From positions 3,744,001 through 3,808,000 of the forward strand of contig OZ242326.1 of assembly GCA_965208325.1 (NCBI GenBank): a stretch of 64,000 nt of DNA. Direction: 5' to 3'. Made by a program: the position numbers and the translations under genes. Numbering within the stretch: position 1 is the first letter of the stretch; every line of letters begins with the position of its first letter. Below are positions 1-9,278 of this stretch, in pieces. Under the pieces are notes generated by a model that did no database searches, was not told the origin of the DNA, and saw nothing but the letters and a program-made list of their open reading frames with translations. The stretch comes from Candidatus Poribacteria bacterium. GTDB lineage: Bacteria > Poribacteria > WGA-4E > PCPOR2b.

Positions 1-545
1 GCAACATCAAGAGACAACTGCATCGGCTTCACCTTGTCTTCCTTTTTGTACCAAAACTCTACCTTATCTTCCTTAATCAACCGTTTGCCATAATCATCGT
101 AGATTAAACGGTTTTTGCCGTAAGGATAGTTGGCATAGTAAGTCGTATTCTGGTCATTCGTCAGCATAATAAACACTTTTTCGCCAACTTCAAACGTGGC
201 TTGTGTGCTAACCCACATGCCCATGACCTCTTCTTTATGCGGAACATAGGCTGTGCCACCGAGCACCATGAACTTGATATAATTAGGCCCGAAATTTGGC
301 TCACCCTTAATCATGGTATCTAATCGAACTAGAACATCGGTACAAATACAATGTTTCTTGGGACCTAACAGGTTCTCCCGATAAACACCAGTTAGAAGTG
401 AAACAGTACCAATGGCAACTATATCGCTGTTATCTATGCTTTTAAGCAAAGAATAGAGCGACAAATCATCGAAATAGCCACCGGCAGCAAACGACGTTGG
501 AACCACCAGTCCCATCACCAGCAAAACTACAAATACATACTTCAT
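1..545 (-). CDS. Secreted partner protein of the peptidase array (runs off the window edge)
   Basis: Read by hand, not in the ORF track. GGAGGG SD then ATG at 545 gives MKYVFVVLLVMGLVVPTSFAAGG...SDIVAIGTV...TDVLVRLDTMIKGEPNFG...FEVGEKV...YGKRLIKEDKV, the same motifs as the other partner copies. Confidence 0.85.
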   Translation of the reverse strand, partial: MKYVFVVLLVMGLVVPTSFAAGGYFDDLSLYSLLKSIDNSDIVAIGTVSLLTGVYRENLLGPKKHCICTDVLVRLDTMIKGEPNFGPNYIKFMVLGGTAYVPHKEEVMGMWVSTQATFEVGEKVFIMLTNDQNTTYYANYPYGKNRLIYDDYGKRLIKEDKVEFWYKKEDKVKPMQLSLDV

Positions 546-566
546 CTGAACCCTCCTTTAGGTTTG

Positions 567-1280
567 TTATGGACCGTACGAATACTTTTGGTCTAAAGCG
601 TACTTATCTTCACAATTCAAACTTTCACGCCAATGCGTATTCTTGCTTGGGAAATGCCCATTCATAGAATAATGCGCATAGTCGGGACTATTTGTTCTGC
701 TTACCGGCAGATCGGGATCGTAATAAACATCTTCTAAACCCGCCACATGCCCCAATTCATGGGCGGCTATCTCTTTGATACAATAATAGAGACCTGACTG
801 CCCGTGCTTCTTAAAGTCTTTGTAATAGTTGAACCCGACATCTAATTCATTTATTCGATTGCCGTCAACATTAACATGGTAGGTGAAAGCAATGGTCGGA
901 TTATGTCGCCCCATACAACTATAAGCCATAACATTGCGGTTGTCTTTCACATTGGCGTAAAATTGGTGCGACTCATTCATGTTGTACTTGAACTTAATCT
1001 CACTACCCTGAAATTCAATTTCCGACCATATTTCACCCGCATCTCCACAATCGGGCGATAAAGAGGGATTGCCCGCAGGTCTAGGGCGATATATATTGTT
1101 TACCCAAACGACAATTTCATACACGCCATCACTGTTTTTTTTCTCAGGTGGCCATACCTTGTTTCCGCGTACTATCATCGGATCTTCAGGGCCAGATCCA
1201 TTATTATGACAGTGGGAATGTCCTAGATTCGGACAAACAATTAAAAGAGCGGCTAGCACCAAGCCAAATCTAATCATCAT
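567..1280 (-). CDS. Secreted metzincin (matrixin/M10-like) metallopeptidase, array copy
   Basis: Signal peptide then HCH; zinc motif HELGHVAGLED; Met-turn YSM; C-terminal ESLNCEDKYALDQKY. Confidence 0.85.
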   Translation of the reverse strand: MMIRFGLVLAALLIVCPNLGHSHCHNNGSGPEDPMIVRGNKVWPPEKKNSDGVYEIVVWVNNIYRPRPAGNPSLSPDCGDAGEIWSEIEFQGSEIKFKYNMNESHQFYANVKDNRNVMAYSCMGRHNPTIAFTYHVNVDGNRINELDVGFNYYKDFKKHGQSGLYYCIKEIAAHELGHVAGLEDVYYDPDLPVSRTNSPDYAHYSMNGHFPSKNTHWRESLNCEDKYALDQKYSYGP

Positions 1281-2014
1281 TTCTTCTCCTTTCTAATAAT
1301 CTTGTCAGATTTCTTTTTCAACTCATCGGCTAACTTCTTTGACACAATGGCTTTGCCGTCGGACTCTCGAACGAGCGTCTTAATTTCGTTCTCCAAAGGC
1401 AATGTTGCATTCGCGTCCTTGAGATATGACTTAAGCAAGGATGTCGCCAACTCTAGCGGCATTTGGACAGGCTTGGCAACCGCATCTTTATTATAGTTAA
1501 ACGACACTTTGCCGTCTTTTACCAAACGTTTGCCAAACGTCATCATGTGCACACGATGCCTGCCGTGCGGATAATTGGCGTAATACGATTCGCCTTCGTT
1601 AGTATTGTTGGCTAAAAACAGTAAGACCTTTTCGCCTACGGCAAACTTAACTTCTTGTAACAAGGCTTGTGTCAAAACACGACCAAGGCTTGGCACATAA
1701 GCACTGCCGCCGTGTATCGCAAATTTAATGTGATCTTTGCCAACATTAGGCTTGCCCTTGATAAGATCGCTTATCTTGACAAGCACATCGGTCATCACAA
1801 AATCGGTGTTGTGTGGCAGGATGTTTTCATAATACTTGGCAGACATCAACACCACTGTGCCGACAGCGATAAAATCGCTTTTATCTGCCATATCAAGTGC
1901 ACCGTGCCACGCAATTTCTTCTGGTGTCAAGCCAGTAAACGAATACGGCTGTCTTTCGCCCCAGCACACTCTCGCGCACAAGAGCGCCAACAATACCACA
2001 AATACACACTTCAT
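1277..2014 (-). CDS. Secreted partner protein (putative OB-fold/NTR-like), array copy
   Basis: Start reassigned to MKCVFVV after a GGGAGG SD. Motifs SDFIAVGTV, TDVLVKI..LIKG.PN.G, FAVGEKVLLFL, FGKRLVKDGKV. Stop overlaps the peptidase start (ATGA). Confidence 0.85.
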   Translation of the reverse strand: MKCVFVVLLALLCARVCWGERQPYSFTGLTPEEIAWHGALDMADKSDFIAVGTVVLMSAKYYENILPHNTDFVMTDVLVKISDLIKGKPNVGKDHIKFAIHGGSAYVPSLGRVLTQALLQEVKFAVGEKVLLFLANNTNEGESYYANYPHGRHRVHMMTFGKRLVKDGKVSFNYNKDAVAKPVQMPLELATSLLKSYLKDANATLPLENEIKTLVRESDGKAIVSKKLADELKKKSDKIIRKEKK

Positions 2015-2282
2015 TTGAAACCTCCCTTTGTTAGCGTCAAAAGAATTATTTCCCAACAATTATACCATAATTGCAGTACCAGCGCCGCCAAACCGCGCCG
2101 GCACGACCTAAGATTTTAATTACCGTTTGTGTTTTTACGGCCTCCAGATATTTTGCAATTATGGCATTATTCGCAATCGGTAAGGGGTGTGACGCTTGCC
2201 AAGCCCGGCGACCGCGCTTACCCAACACTTTCGCACAGTGTAGTTGATTGCGGGGTTGCGAATTCCCAACTAACGTAAAATC

Positions 2283-3220
2283 AATCGAAATTACCATTTT
2301 CAGGCTTGCGCCTATAACCATTTTCCAGTGAATTGTTTTGATTTCCTCTAAACTATTAATTCGTTGGAAGAAATCAGAACTTTCAAGTTAACAACGACTA
2401 CGTTATAATTGCGACGGATTAATTTCCATCAGTCAATTCATCTCATCACCCCTCTTTCTTTTAATGCGTGCGTTAAGTCTTGTACAGCTTGTGGCAATGG
2501 CATAAATGGTTTTTCAATAGTCTGTATTACTGCTGGTTATATATCGTTTGATGCCGTGTGATCATCGGCTTAATAATTCTGGTCGACATCATCGTCGTGC
2601 ATCGCTGACGGGGTCGCCTTCTCAACTTCAAAGTATTCCTCGAGTTGAGCAAGCACATGGTTCGCCCGGCGTTTCCAACCAGCATGCCATTGTTTGAATT
2701 TATCCGGATTGAGGTCTACAAGACGTTGATAATGCGCTAGTTTCTCCTCATGGAATCGAGTAATCAACTCATTGTCGACATCCGGATCGGATTGCAATTC
2801 AATTTCAACGGTTTGTCTCCATGCGGCGACCGCCCCGCTGGTGTTGCGCCCCCATGCACCATCGTCAACGGCGCCCGCCATGCGCTGGACAATCTTGACG
2901 GCAGCCTTGCCGGCATTTACAACGAAGTCGCTATAGATATATTGAAGAAATTCGGGCAGTTCCCATGTATGATAGCGTTCAAGATAATCGACATAAAACG
3001 CCTCAACGATGTCTTGCCGTTTTAGGAGGCCTTCGACGGTCTCAGGCGCGTCCGGGAATCGGTCGAGGTTTTTGGGACGCCAGATCTCCCAGCTCTGTTT
3101 CGTGATACCGTCGCATGATATGCCGCCGACGTTCGCAGGTTCGCTACGGTTAATTCCCTTCTCGCTACCGATGATTAGCTGAATGATTTGTGTTCTGTCC
3201 ATTTGAGTTTAACCTCATTC
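2283..3220. repeat. Segmental duplication copy 1 (GH108 gene plus ~290 bp downstream), paired with ~11820-12777
   Basis: The GH108 coding part is nearly identical between copies. The downstream non-coding part is clearly homologous but more diverged (aaatcagaac, tcaattca.c.catcacccc, ttttcaatagtctgtattac). Confidence 0.9.
2570..3202 (-). CDS. Glycoside hydrolase family 108 lysozyme/endolysin-like, copy 1
   Basis: N-terminal E(K)G...GG...GIT motif, DFVVNAG..A.K..Q, DG.WG..T and C-terminal GWKRR, as in GH108 plus peptidoglycan-binding proteins. Confidence 0.85.
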   Translation of the reverse strand: MDRTQIIQLIIGSEKGINRSEPANVGGISCDGITKQSWEIWRPKNLDRFPDAPETVEGLLKRQDIVEAFYVDYLERYHTWELPEFLQYIYSDFVVNAGKAAVKIVQRMAGAVDDGAWGRNTSGAVAAWRQTVEIELQSDPDVDNELITRFHEEKLAHYQRLVDLNPDKFKQWHAGWKRRANHVLAQLEEYFEVEKATPSAMHDDDVDQNY

Positions 3221-3328
3221 TGTGTCGTGCGTTTATCGTTTCGCAGGTATTCGTTTTAGGGTTGCGCCAGTAAGATGCACACATTCATAACACTCTCATT
3301 TTTTAAACTTCGCTTGACACTATCGTCG

Positions 3329-3475
3329 CTACCGCCAGTCAATAGTTGTTGCATTTGAAGGCGTAAAGCAGAATATAACGTCAAATATTCTTCCTTTAGT
3401 TATAAGCCAAAGGATAACACCAAACCAAATCCAGCCAAACATCATGTCATTTGAAAGCCATTTCTAGCGTTTCAT
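3329..3475 (-). pseudogene. Small hydrophobic membrane peptide, possible decayed holin
   Basis: ATG overlaps the stop of the upstream gene: MKR*KWLSNDMMFGWIWFGVILWLITKGRIFDVIFCF...WR*. Early TAG; a 38-aa product could start at 3445. Confidence 0.35.
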
Positions 3476-3816
3476 TTGAGTAGCATGACAATTACAGCGA
3501 CAACTGCTGCGATGCCGCCCAGTCCACCTATGCCTGTGAACAACCAAGTCAACAGCGAGAGTTGCCCGTCATGCCTATTGCGGTCAGCCTCCAAAACCTT
3601 CACGCGTGTTTCTTGGTCAACAGTCGCTTCGTGCATCGCATTCAAAAGCGTTTCAACTTTTGTGCCCTGCGCTTCCGATGCTTTGAGTCGAGCGTCATGT
3701 TGGCCAATCGTTGCACATTGTTTCTCAAGCCGTTCGTGATGGTGATCCATACGAACTTCCATCCTTGAAACAACATCGAGAATTCTATCCAGCTTTGCCT
3801 CGACTGTGTCAGCCAC
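3472..3816 (-). CDS. Phage-type coiled-coil protein with C-terminal TM helix (holin/XhlA-like)
   Basis: Heptad-rich N-terminus (RLKASE, RVKVLE) plus hydrophobic LLTWLFTGIGGLGGIAAVVAVIVML; lies upstream of the GH108 lysin. Confidence 0.6.
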   Translation of the reverse strand: MADTVEAKLDRILDVVSRMEVRMDHHHERLEKQCATIGQHDARLKASEAQGTKVETLLNAMHEATVDQETRVKVLEADRNRHDGQLSLLTWLFTGIGGLGGIAAVVAVIVMLLK

Positions 3817-4150
3817 CTACGGTACCTCCGCACTTGGTATCATATAACGAATTGGAGATATTGTCTGGCGCGTGCACGGTTAGAGCACGTCACTGATTCT
3901 CGTCACCTTACACGTAACACGCGGTGCCTTAATAAACGTCGAAATGAACAGACAACTTTCCCCACGCCGTTGGTTTCCTAATCGCAAACGCAATTTAATT
4001 CGGAGAGACGTCTTGAGTCTGAGGTGCGCCGAATGTACGCAGAGTATTCCTCTCGTTCTTGAACGCTTCGCCAAGTTCCCTTATTGTTCCGAAAATTGAT
4101 TCCCATGCTTTTTCCCAATCATGTTCTAAGGATGATTAACCCTTATGGGG

Positions 4151-4352
4151 GAGTTAGCACGACTCTTCACTCTTACGAAAGGAACTGGCTAGCATATGCA
4201 CTTCCTTTCGTAAGAGCTTAGCAGTGAAGAGTCCCGGCTAGTTTGCCGTTCGCCTTTGTTTGTGCTCCGGAGTCACAGCCTAATCGTTTCACCTAGATTG
4301 GCAGTGATTTAACACAAGCAAAGGTCACGACAGGTATACTAGTAATTGCCTG
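4151..4352. ncRNA. Unassigned structured non-coding element (three consecutive hairpins)
   Basis: gactcttcac-tcttacgaaaggaa pairs with ttcctttcgtaagag...gtgaagagtc (4161-4233); cctttgtttgtg pairs with cacaagcaaagg (4253-4324); caggta pairs with tgcctg (4331-4352). Confidence 0.35.
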
Positions 4353-4392
4353 CCGCCGCGGAATTCCCCCGCCACTTTTTGTTGCCTTATAG

Positions 4393-5082
4393 TTAATTTA
4401 CATGCTGATCGTAGTGATCTTTGAGGGCGAGTTCATCTTCGCAACTCACAGATTCTTTGATATGTTCGCCGGTGCCAGCTGTGGCAAACATAGTGTAGTG
4501 TACATATTCAGGGCAGTTCGTATTGCTTATTGGCAAGTGTGACTTGTAATTCACGTGACGCAACCCAGCGAAATGGCCCCATTCATGTGCCGCGATGTTT
4601 TGGATGCAATATTCGCTGGAATCTACATTTGTGTGGGTGTCAAAGGAGTGGTAATAGTTGTAGATAATGTCGGCTTCTTTGATTCTGTAGGAAAACTGAT
4701 ATGTCCACAACTGGGTGACGGCGAGGTAATCACTTTCGTGGCCCGTTAATCCACGATAGCCAACGGTGTTTGTGCCATCTTCGATATCCGCTTTCTTTGT
4801 GGTTTCGCCCTCGTAATCTAATCCAAACGGAACGTCAACTTCATCGGCGACGCCATTCCATTCGGCGGCGGCGGCGTTAACATCGGTTGAAAGGTAAGGC
4901 ATGTTGTTCGGATAGCTGTTGTTTACATAGTACGGAATGTCGTCGCTCTCATCCCAATATAAGAAACCGACAACCTGTGAAATGTCCTCGCAATCCATAC
5001 TATCATGACAATCGGCATCAACTGCAATTGGTGCAAAAAGACATATAATCAGAATGATACAGCTTGCAATTCGAACGGTCAT
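4393..5082 (-). CDS. Secreted metzincin (matrixin/M10-like) metallopeptidase, array copy
   Basis: Signal peptide, DCHDSMDCED, IKEADI, HEWGHFAGLRH, YTM Met-turn, ESVSCEDELALKDHY. Confidence 0.9.
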   Translation of the reverse strand: MTVRIASCIILIICLFAPIAVDADCHDSMDCEDISQVVGFLYWDESDDIPYYVNNSYPNNMPYLSTDVNAAAAEWNGVADEVDVPFGLDYEGETTKKADIEDGTNTVGYRGLTGHESDYLAVTQLWTYQFSYRIKEADIIYNYYHSFDTHTNVDSSEYCIQNIAAHEWGHFAGLRHVNYKSHLPISNTNCPEYVHYTMFATAGTGEHIKESVSCEDELALKDHYDQHVN

Positions 5083-5801
5083 TATTCGTCCTCCTCGGCG
5101 GCGTCTATTATCGTTTTGGCGCCGGTTTTAATGTCATTAATAATGGTTTCAGTTAGCGTTGCGTCATCGCTTCTGGCCAGTGTCTTGATTTTGTTTTCCA
5201 ACGGCACTGCTGCATCCTTGTCCGCGACAGCTGCTTGTGCGAGTAGGGATGCCATCTCGACGGGCAACCTAACACCTCTAAGCTTGATATCGCTTTTCTT
5301 GTAAAACATTGTAATCTTATTGTCTTTGATTAACCGTTTGCCGTAAAACTCACTGTTCACGTGCAATCGTCCGTAAGGGAAGTTATCGTAATAACCGTTA
5401 GGCGAATCTCTAGACAGGAACAACATGACCTTCTCACCGACTTTGAAGTCAAGATCGTTTGTGATGACTAAGGTCATGACTTGCTGATGGCGTGGGACAT
5501 AAGCAGTTCCACCTTCAATCATGAACCGGACATGGTTTTCGCCAAAATTGGGTTCGCCCTTGATTTGTGTTTCGACTCTTACCACAATTTCGGACATGAT
5601 GTACGAAGAACCGTCGTTATTACGCGGGTGTTCGACATAAACGCCTGTTTTCAAAGACACAGTGCCGACAACAACAATATCGCACCTCTCCACTATTTCG
5701 AGCAGAGTGTATTTATCAGAGACTTTCAATACAATTGTCCCTGCTACTACGATAACCGGTAAAAGAAACAATAGTGTTGCTGCAATCGTGTGCTTCAACA
5801 T
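5082..5801 (-). CDS. Secreted partner protein, array copy
   Basis: Signal peptide; CDIVVVGTV, IKGEPNFG, FMIEGG, FKVGEKVMLFL, YGKRLIKDNK; TAATG overlap with the peptidase. Confidence 0.88.
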   Translation of the reverse strand: MLKHTIAATLLFLLPVIVVAGTIVLKVSDKYTLLEIVERCDIVVVGTVSLKTGVYVEHPRNNDGSSYIMSEIVVRVETQIKGEPNFGENHVRFMIEGGTAYVPRHQQVMTLVITNDLDFKVGEKVMLFLSRDSPNGYYDNFPYGRLHVNSEFYGKRLIKDNKITMFYKKSDIKLRGVRLPVEMASLLAQAAVADKDAAVPLENKIKTLARSDDATLTETIINDIKTGAKTIIDAAEEDE

Positions 5802-5834
5802 GCACTTTCTCCTCTGATGAGATTAGATGTGTAA

Positions 5835-6160
5835 ACCTTTAACCGTGCCTGGCGAAAGCTAGGCACCCTATGGGATAGTGCATCAGGTGGGGTTACCCCA
5901 TGACCCCCATAAGTGGTACGGCGAACTAAAGGCGTAACCGTACCAGCCTGATGTGCTGTCCCGCCTTGCGGCGGATGAGATGGTCTCCGTTTCCAGTTAC
6001 GCCAGCATTTTTCTAGTGAATACTGGAATTTCTGGGACGCGATGGCTACCATCATCGTAAGGGGGTCATCCGCCGCCACCATCGTATGGCGAGTGACGGT
6101 GCTATACTTCCTCCCGTACAGTTACTTTGTACGCCAGAAACCGTCACTTGCCACCTACTT
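5835..6160 (+). mobile_element. Group II intron remnant (domain I fragment, IIB-like), antisense to the array
   Basis: GNRA hairpin gtgcctggc-GAAA-gctaggcac (5845-5866). A 16-bp stem 5872-5887/5947-5962 has G.U pairs only on the + strand and encloses tggtacgg/ccgtacca. atgaccccc (5900-5908) is complementary to gggggtcat (6061-6069), alpha-alpha'-like. Stem 6087-6099/6141-6153. No GUGYG start, RT ORF or domain V seen. Confidence 0.65.
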
Positions 6161-6168
6161 CTTTGACT

Positions 6169-6861
6169 TCAATCGTCATCGCTATATTTGATATCTAACA
6201 CATACATATCTTCACAAGCGAGCGACTCTGGGGTATGCCAGTCGGGTTGCCCGTAACCTTGCATTGTGTAGTGCGCATATTCCGGGCAATTCCACTCATT
6301 GGTTTCATACCCGTCATAATAATAGACATCCAATAAGCCTGCAACATGCCCCATTTCATGGGTAATGACTTGAAGTAGACAGTATTCGGAGCTATCGGTT
6401 GACCCGTGATAATCCCAGTCAATATAGTAATTTAATACTATGTCTGCTTCCTTTATGCGATCGGAATTGGCGTATCTCCAACGTTGGCAATAGGCAAGCC
6501 AACTATCGCGCTGATCTGGGTCGCCATCATACCCGATGCAACTAAGCCAATCGTTATTGCCGGCACGGGCTGTTGTCGTTCCGGTGATACTGATGTTGAA
6601 CGGGATTGTATCGCCCATAAAAGATACGCTAGACCACTCTTCGGCGGCATCTGGTGCTTCGACACTGGGTAATGGCATGTTGCCCGGAAATGTGTCGTTA
6701 CACTGCATGCTGGCAGTATTGTTGTTATTATTTTCCCAATAATGCGAGCCAAGCATTCGGTCTTCGGGCTCTTCGCACGGTACTGTCTCGTGACAATGAG
6801 AATGTACATTAATCGCAACACAAGATACGACTAGAATTGCCATTAGGATGCTACGTAACAT
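6169..6861 (-). CDS. Secreted metzincin (matrixin/M10-like) metallopeptidase, array copy
   Basis: Start reassigned to MLRSILMA. HCHETVPCEE, IKEADIVLNYY, HEMGHVAGLLD, YTM, ESLACEDMYVLDIKY. Confidence 0.9.
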   Translation of the reverse strand: MLRSILMAILVVSCVAINVHSHCHETVPCEEPEDRMLGSHYWENNNNNTASMQCNDTFPGNMPLPSVEAPDAAEEWSSVSFMGDTIPFNISITGTTTARAGNNDWLSCIGYDGDPDQRDSWLAYCQRWRYANSDRIKEADIVLNYYIDWDYHGSTDSSEYCLLQVITHEMGHVAGLLDVYYYDGYETNEWNCPEYAHYTMQGYGQPDWHTPESLACEDMYVLDIKYSDDD

Positions 6862-6862
6862 C

Positions 6863-7588
6863 TTAATCTTCCTCCCTTGCGTCATCAACAACTTTTTGGG
6901 CTGCTGTTTTAACCTGATTAACAACTGCGGTCGTAAGGTCAGCACCTACATCTTGCGTACGAGCGGCAGACTTGATGCTCTCCTCAATACTTCGCGCGGT
7001 CGCTTCATCTTCAATGAAGGCTTTTCCGAGAACGGACACTAAATCGGTTGGCAATTTCACGCCAATCAACGCACGGCTATTGCGTTTATAAAGCATCATG
7101 ACTTTATTGTCCTTGATTGGCCGCTTACCGTAATAATCGGTATGGATATGCAAACGGTCATAGGGATAGTTGGCGTACCATTGTCCGCCGGGGTTTTTGG
7201 ACAGGAAGATTAACGCTTTGTCTCCGGGTTCAAAATATAGATTGTTAATGACATCGAGCGTTATCACTTCGTCCTCTTCGGGAACGTAAACTGTCCCACC
7301 TTCAATCATAAACTTTACGTGATTACTACCATGATTAGGTTGGCCTTTAATCATGGTAGTAACGCGAAAGGTGATGTCTGAGGTAATCATACGTGCCCGC
7401 CCAGGACGAATATTGCGCCGGAGTACACCTGTTTTGTTGGCCACTTGCCCTATACATACAATGTCACTTCGTTCAATCATTTCGAGTAGGGTGTACTTGT
7501 CAGAAATTTCGCGACGGACAGTACTCGAATCAGAGGCTATTGGAAGCAAGCAACTTACAAATACAATTGCTGTAAAAAGGCGTTTCAT
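6863..7588 (-). CDS. Secreted partner protein, array copy
   Basis: Signal peptide; SDKYTLLEMIERSDIVCIGQV, IKGQPNHG, FMIEGG, YGKRPIKDNKV. Closest to the 5082-5801 copy. Confidence 0.88.
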   Translation of the reverse strand: MKRLFTAIVFVSCLLPIASDSSTVRREISDKYTLLEMIERSDIVCIGQVANKTGVLRRNIRPGRARMITSDITFRVTTMIKGQPNHGSNHVKFMIEGGTVYVPEEDEVITLDVINNLYFEPGDKALIFLSKNPGGQWYANYPYDRLHIHTDYYGKRPIKDNKVMMLYKRNSRALIGVKLPTDLVSVLGKAFIEDEATARSIEESIKSAARTQDVGADLTTAVVNQVKTAAQKVVDDAREED

Positions 7589-7699
7589 GAGATTGTCCTT
7601 TCGGGTTTAATTTGTCAAATTCTATTTTAGCGCATTCCGCTTTTGTGCGAAGCAAAATCGTGCCCATAGTAAATAATGCTGACTAACGTCTTCTGAGTT

Positions 7700-7903
7700 T
7701 TACATAGGAGGCAAGTGAATAAATGGAAAACCCTCATCAACTACCAATAGTGTATACTGTGACGGGTGATGGGCTCCAATAAAGCCAGCCCTCCACTTAC
7801 TCTTCGGCGTCTTCGCTGTCTGCTGTGTCATGACAGCGCGCATACACCGAAAAGCTACCAACGCGCTTAGCAAAACTGCAAACCCTAAAATTCTGGTAAT
7901 CAT
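7700..7903 (-). pseudogene. Truncated and frameshifted peptidase remnant (N-terminus only)
   Basis: Signal peptide MITRILGFAVLLSALV, then in a shifted frame YARCHDTADSEDAEE*VEGWLYW, matching CHD...CED...LYW of intact copies. Catalytic part absent. Confidence 0.65.
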
Positions 7904-8568
7904 TTAGAATCTTCCTCAAATAGTAGTTTAGCGCTCGCCCTTAAGCGAGTCGCGATATCAGCAGGTAATGTGTTACTGGATTGCGCTGCTGTCTTAATGT
8001 CTTGCTCTAACCGCAATGCCCCATCTTTATCCGCGATGAACGCCTTTGCCAAATCGACAGGCCTATTTATTGAGTTGCCGGGTTATCTTATGTTTACCTT
8101 ACCATCCTTAATAAGGCGTTTTCCGTAATCGAATCGGTTCAGCCGATACCGATTATGCGGATAATTCCCAGGCCATTATAAATCATTGTTATTGTCGATA
8201 AACAACATCACCTTTTCGCCGACTTCAAATTCACGCTCGGTGGATACATCCAGCGTCATGACCTCATTTCTCTCCGGCACGAAGAACGTGCCGCCTTGTA
8301 TCATAAATTTGACATGGTTTTTCTCGAGGTTGGGCTCTCCTTTGATTAGCGTGTCGATTCTAACGGTAACATCGGTCGTCACCATGCCCCCGCCATCGTG
8401 CACAATGTTATTGCGTTCATGGTTACTCAGAAGTTGCACGGTTCCAACAACAACAAGCTCACTCTTGTCGATACACTTGAGCAGGCTAAATTTATCCAAA
8501 TCTTTTGTAACCGCGTTTGCCGAAAACGCCCACAAAACCACCACCAACGCCACAAATACATACTTCAT
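7900..8568 (-). pseudogene. Partner protein copy with two in-frame TAA stops
   Basis: MKYVFVAL...; the frame continues past TAA at 8178-8176 and 8085-8083 through NYPHNRY...DYGKRLIKDGKV...LAKAFIADKD...LEQDIK to a TGA overlapping the next ATG. Confidence 0.85.
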
Positions 8569-8579
8569 CTGAACCCCTC

Positions 8580-9278
8580 CTAATACATATGCGCAATCGC
8601 CCACTTATCCTCGCATTCGAGAACTTCTTTGTCATGCTCGTTAGGCCCCGAGCCAGAACGCATAGTATAGGGTATCCATTCGGGGCAATTCCCGTAGCCA
8701 TCATCTTCATCGGGGTCATACACAACATGCTCCAAGCCACCAGCATGTCCAAATTCGTGCATTAACACATTCAACAGACAAAACTCGTCATCACCACCGC
8801 CACCACCTGTGTGCGATTTCCAATCATAATACGGGTTAATAAGTATATCAACTTCTTTCAACGTCGTTCCATTCCACCACCGGCGGGCGCGAGCTAAATC
8901 AGCCTCGTCTTCAGGTTGGCCTATTCAGTTGAAGCCGACCGTGTTTTTCCCGTCTTTGACGTTTGCCCGGTATGGCTGCCCCGGCGCCGACACACGATTA
9001 AACCGCAAATCAACAGTTTCGCCGCCAAAAGAAATGTCCGACCATACCGCCGCTGCGTACAAGACATCACTGGTAATGTCTGGGTCATCACTACCTTTCA
9101 GATAGTCTTTGTTAATGTAAAAATCGACAGTCCTTTTGTTAGTCGGCCATTTAATGAAACTACACAACCTTGCTTCTACTTCTTCACAATCCGTATCATC
9201 ATGGCAATCGGCGTATAGGGCGATTGTAATACCAATCAATAGTCCTAACGCGACAACTGCCGCCGCTATTTTCCTCAT
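8580..9278 (-). pseudogene. Metzincin peptidase copy interrupted by one in-frame TGA
   Basis: ORFs 8925-9278 (DCHDDTDCEE) and 8580-8861 (HEFGHAGGLEH, YTM, LECEDKW) are in the same frame, separated only by TGA at 8927-8925. Confidence 0.85.

Noticed and set aside
5810..5870. Hammerhead ribozyme (CTGATGA ... GAAA)
   Set aside because: The GAAA is the loop of a separate 9-bp hairpin and the required stems around CUGAUGA are not evident. A group II intron domain I fits better.
5795..6082. 95-aa minus-strand ORF
   Set aside because: It overlaps the structured RNA relic, has no recognisable motif, and is likely spurious.
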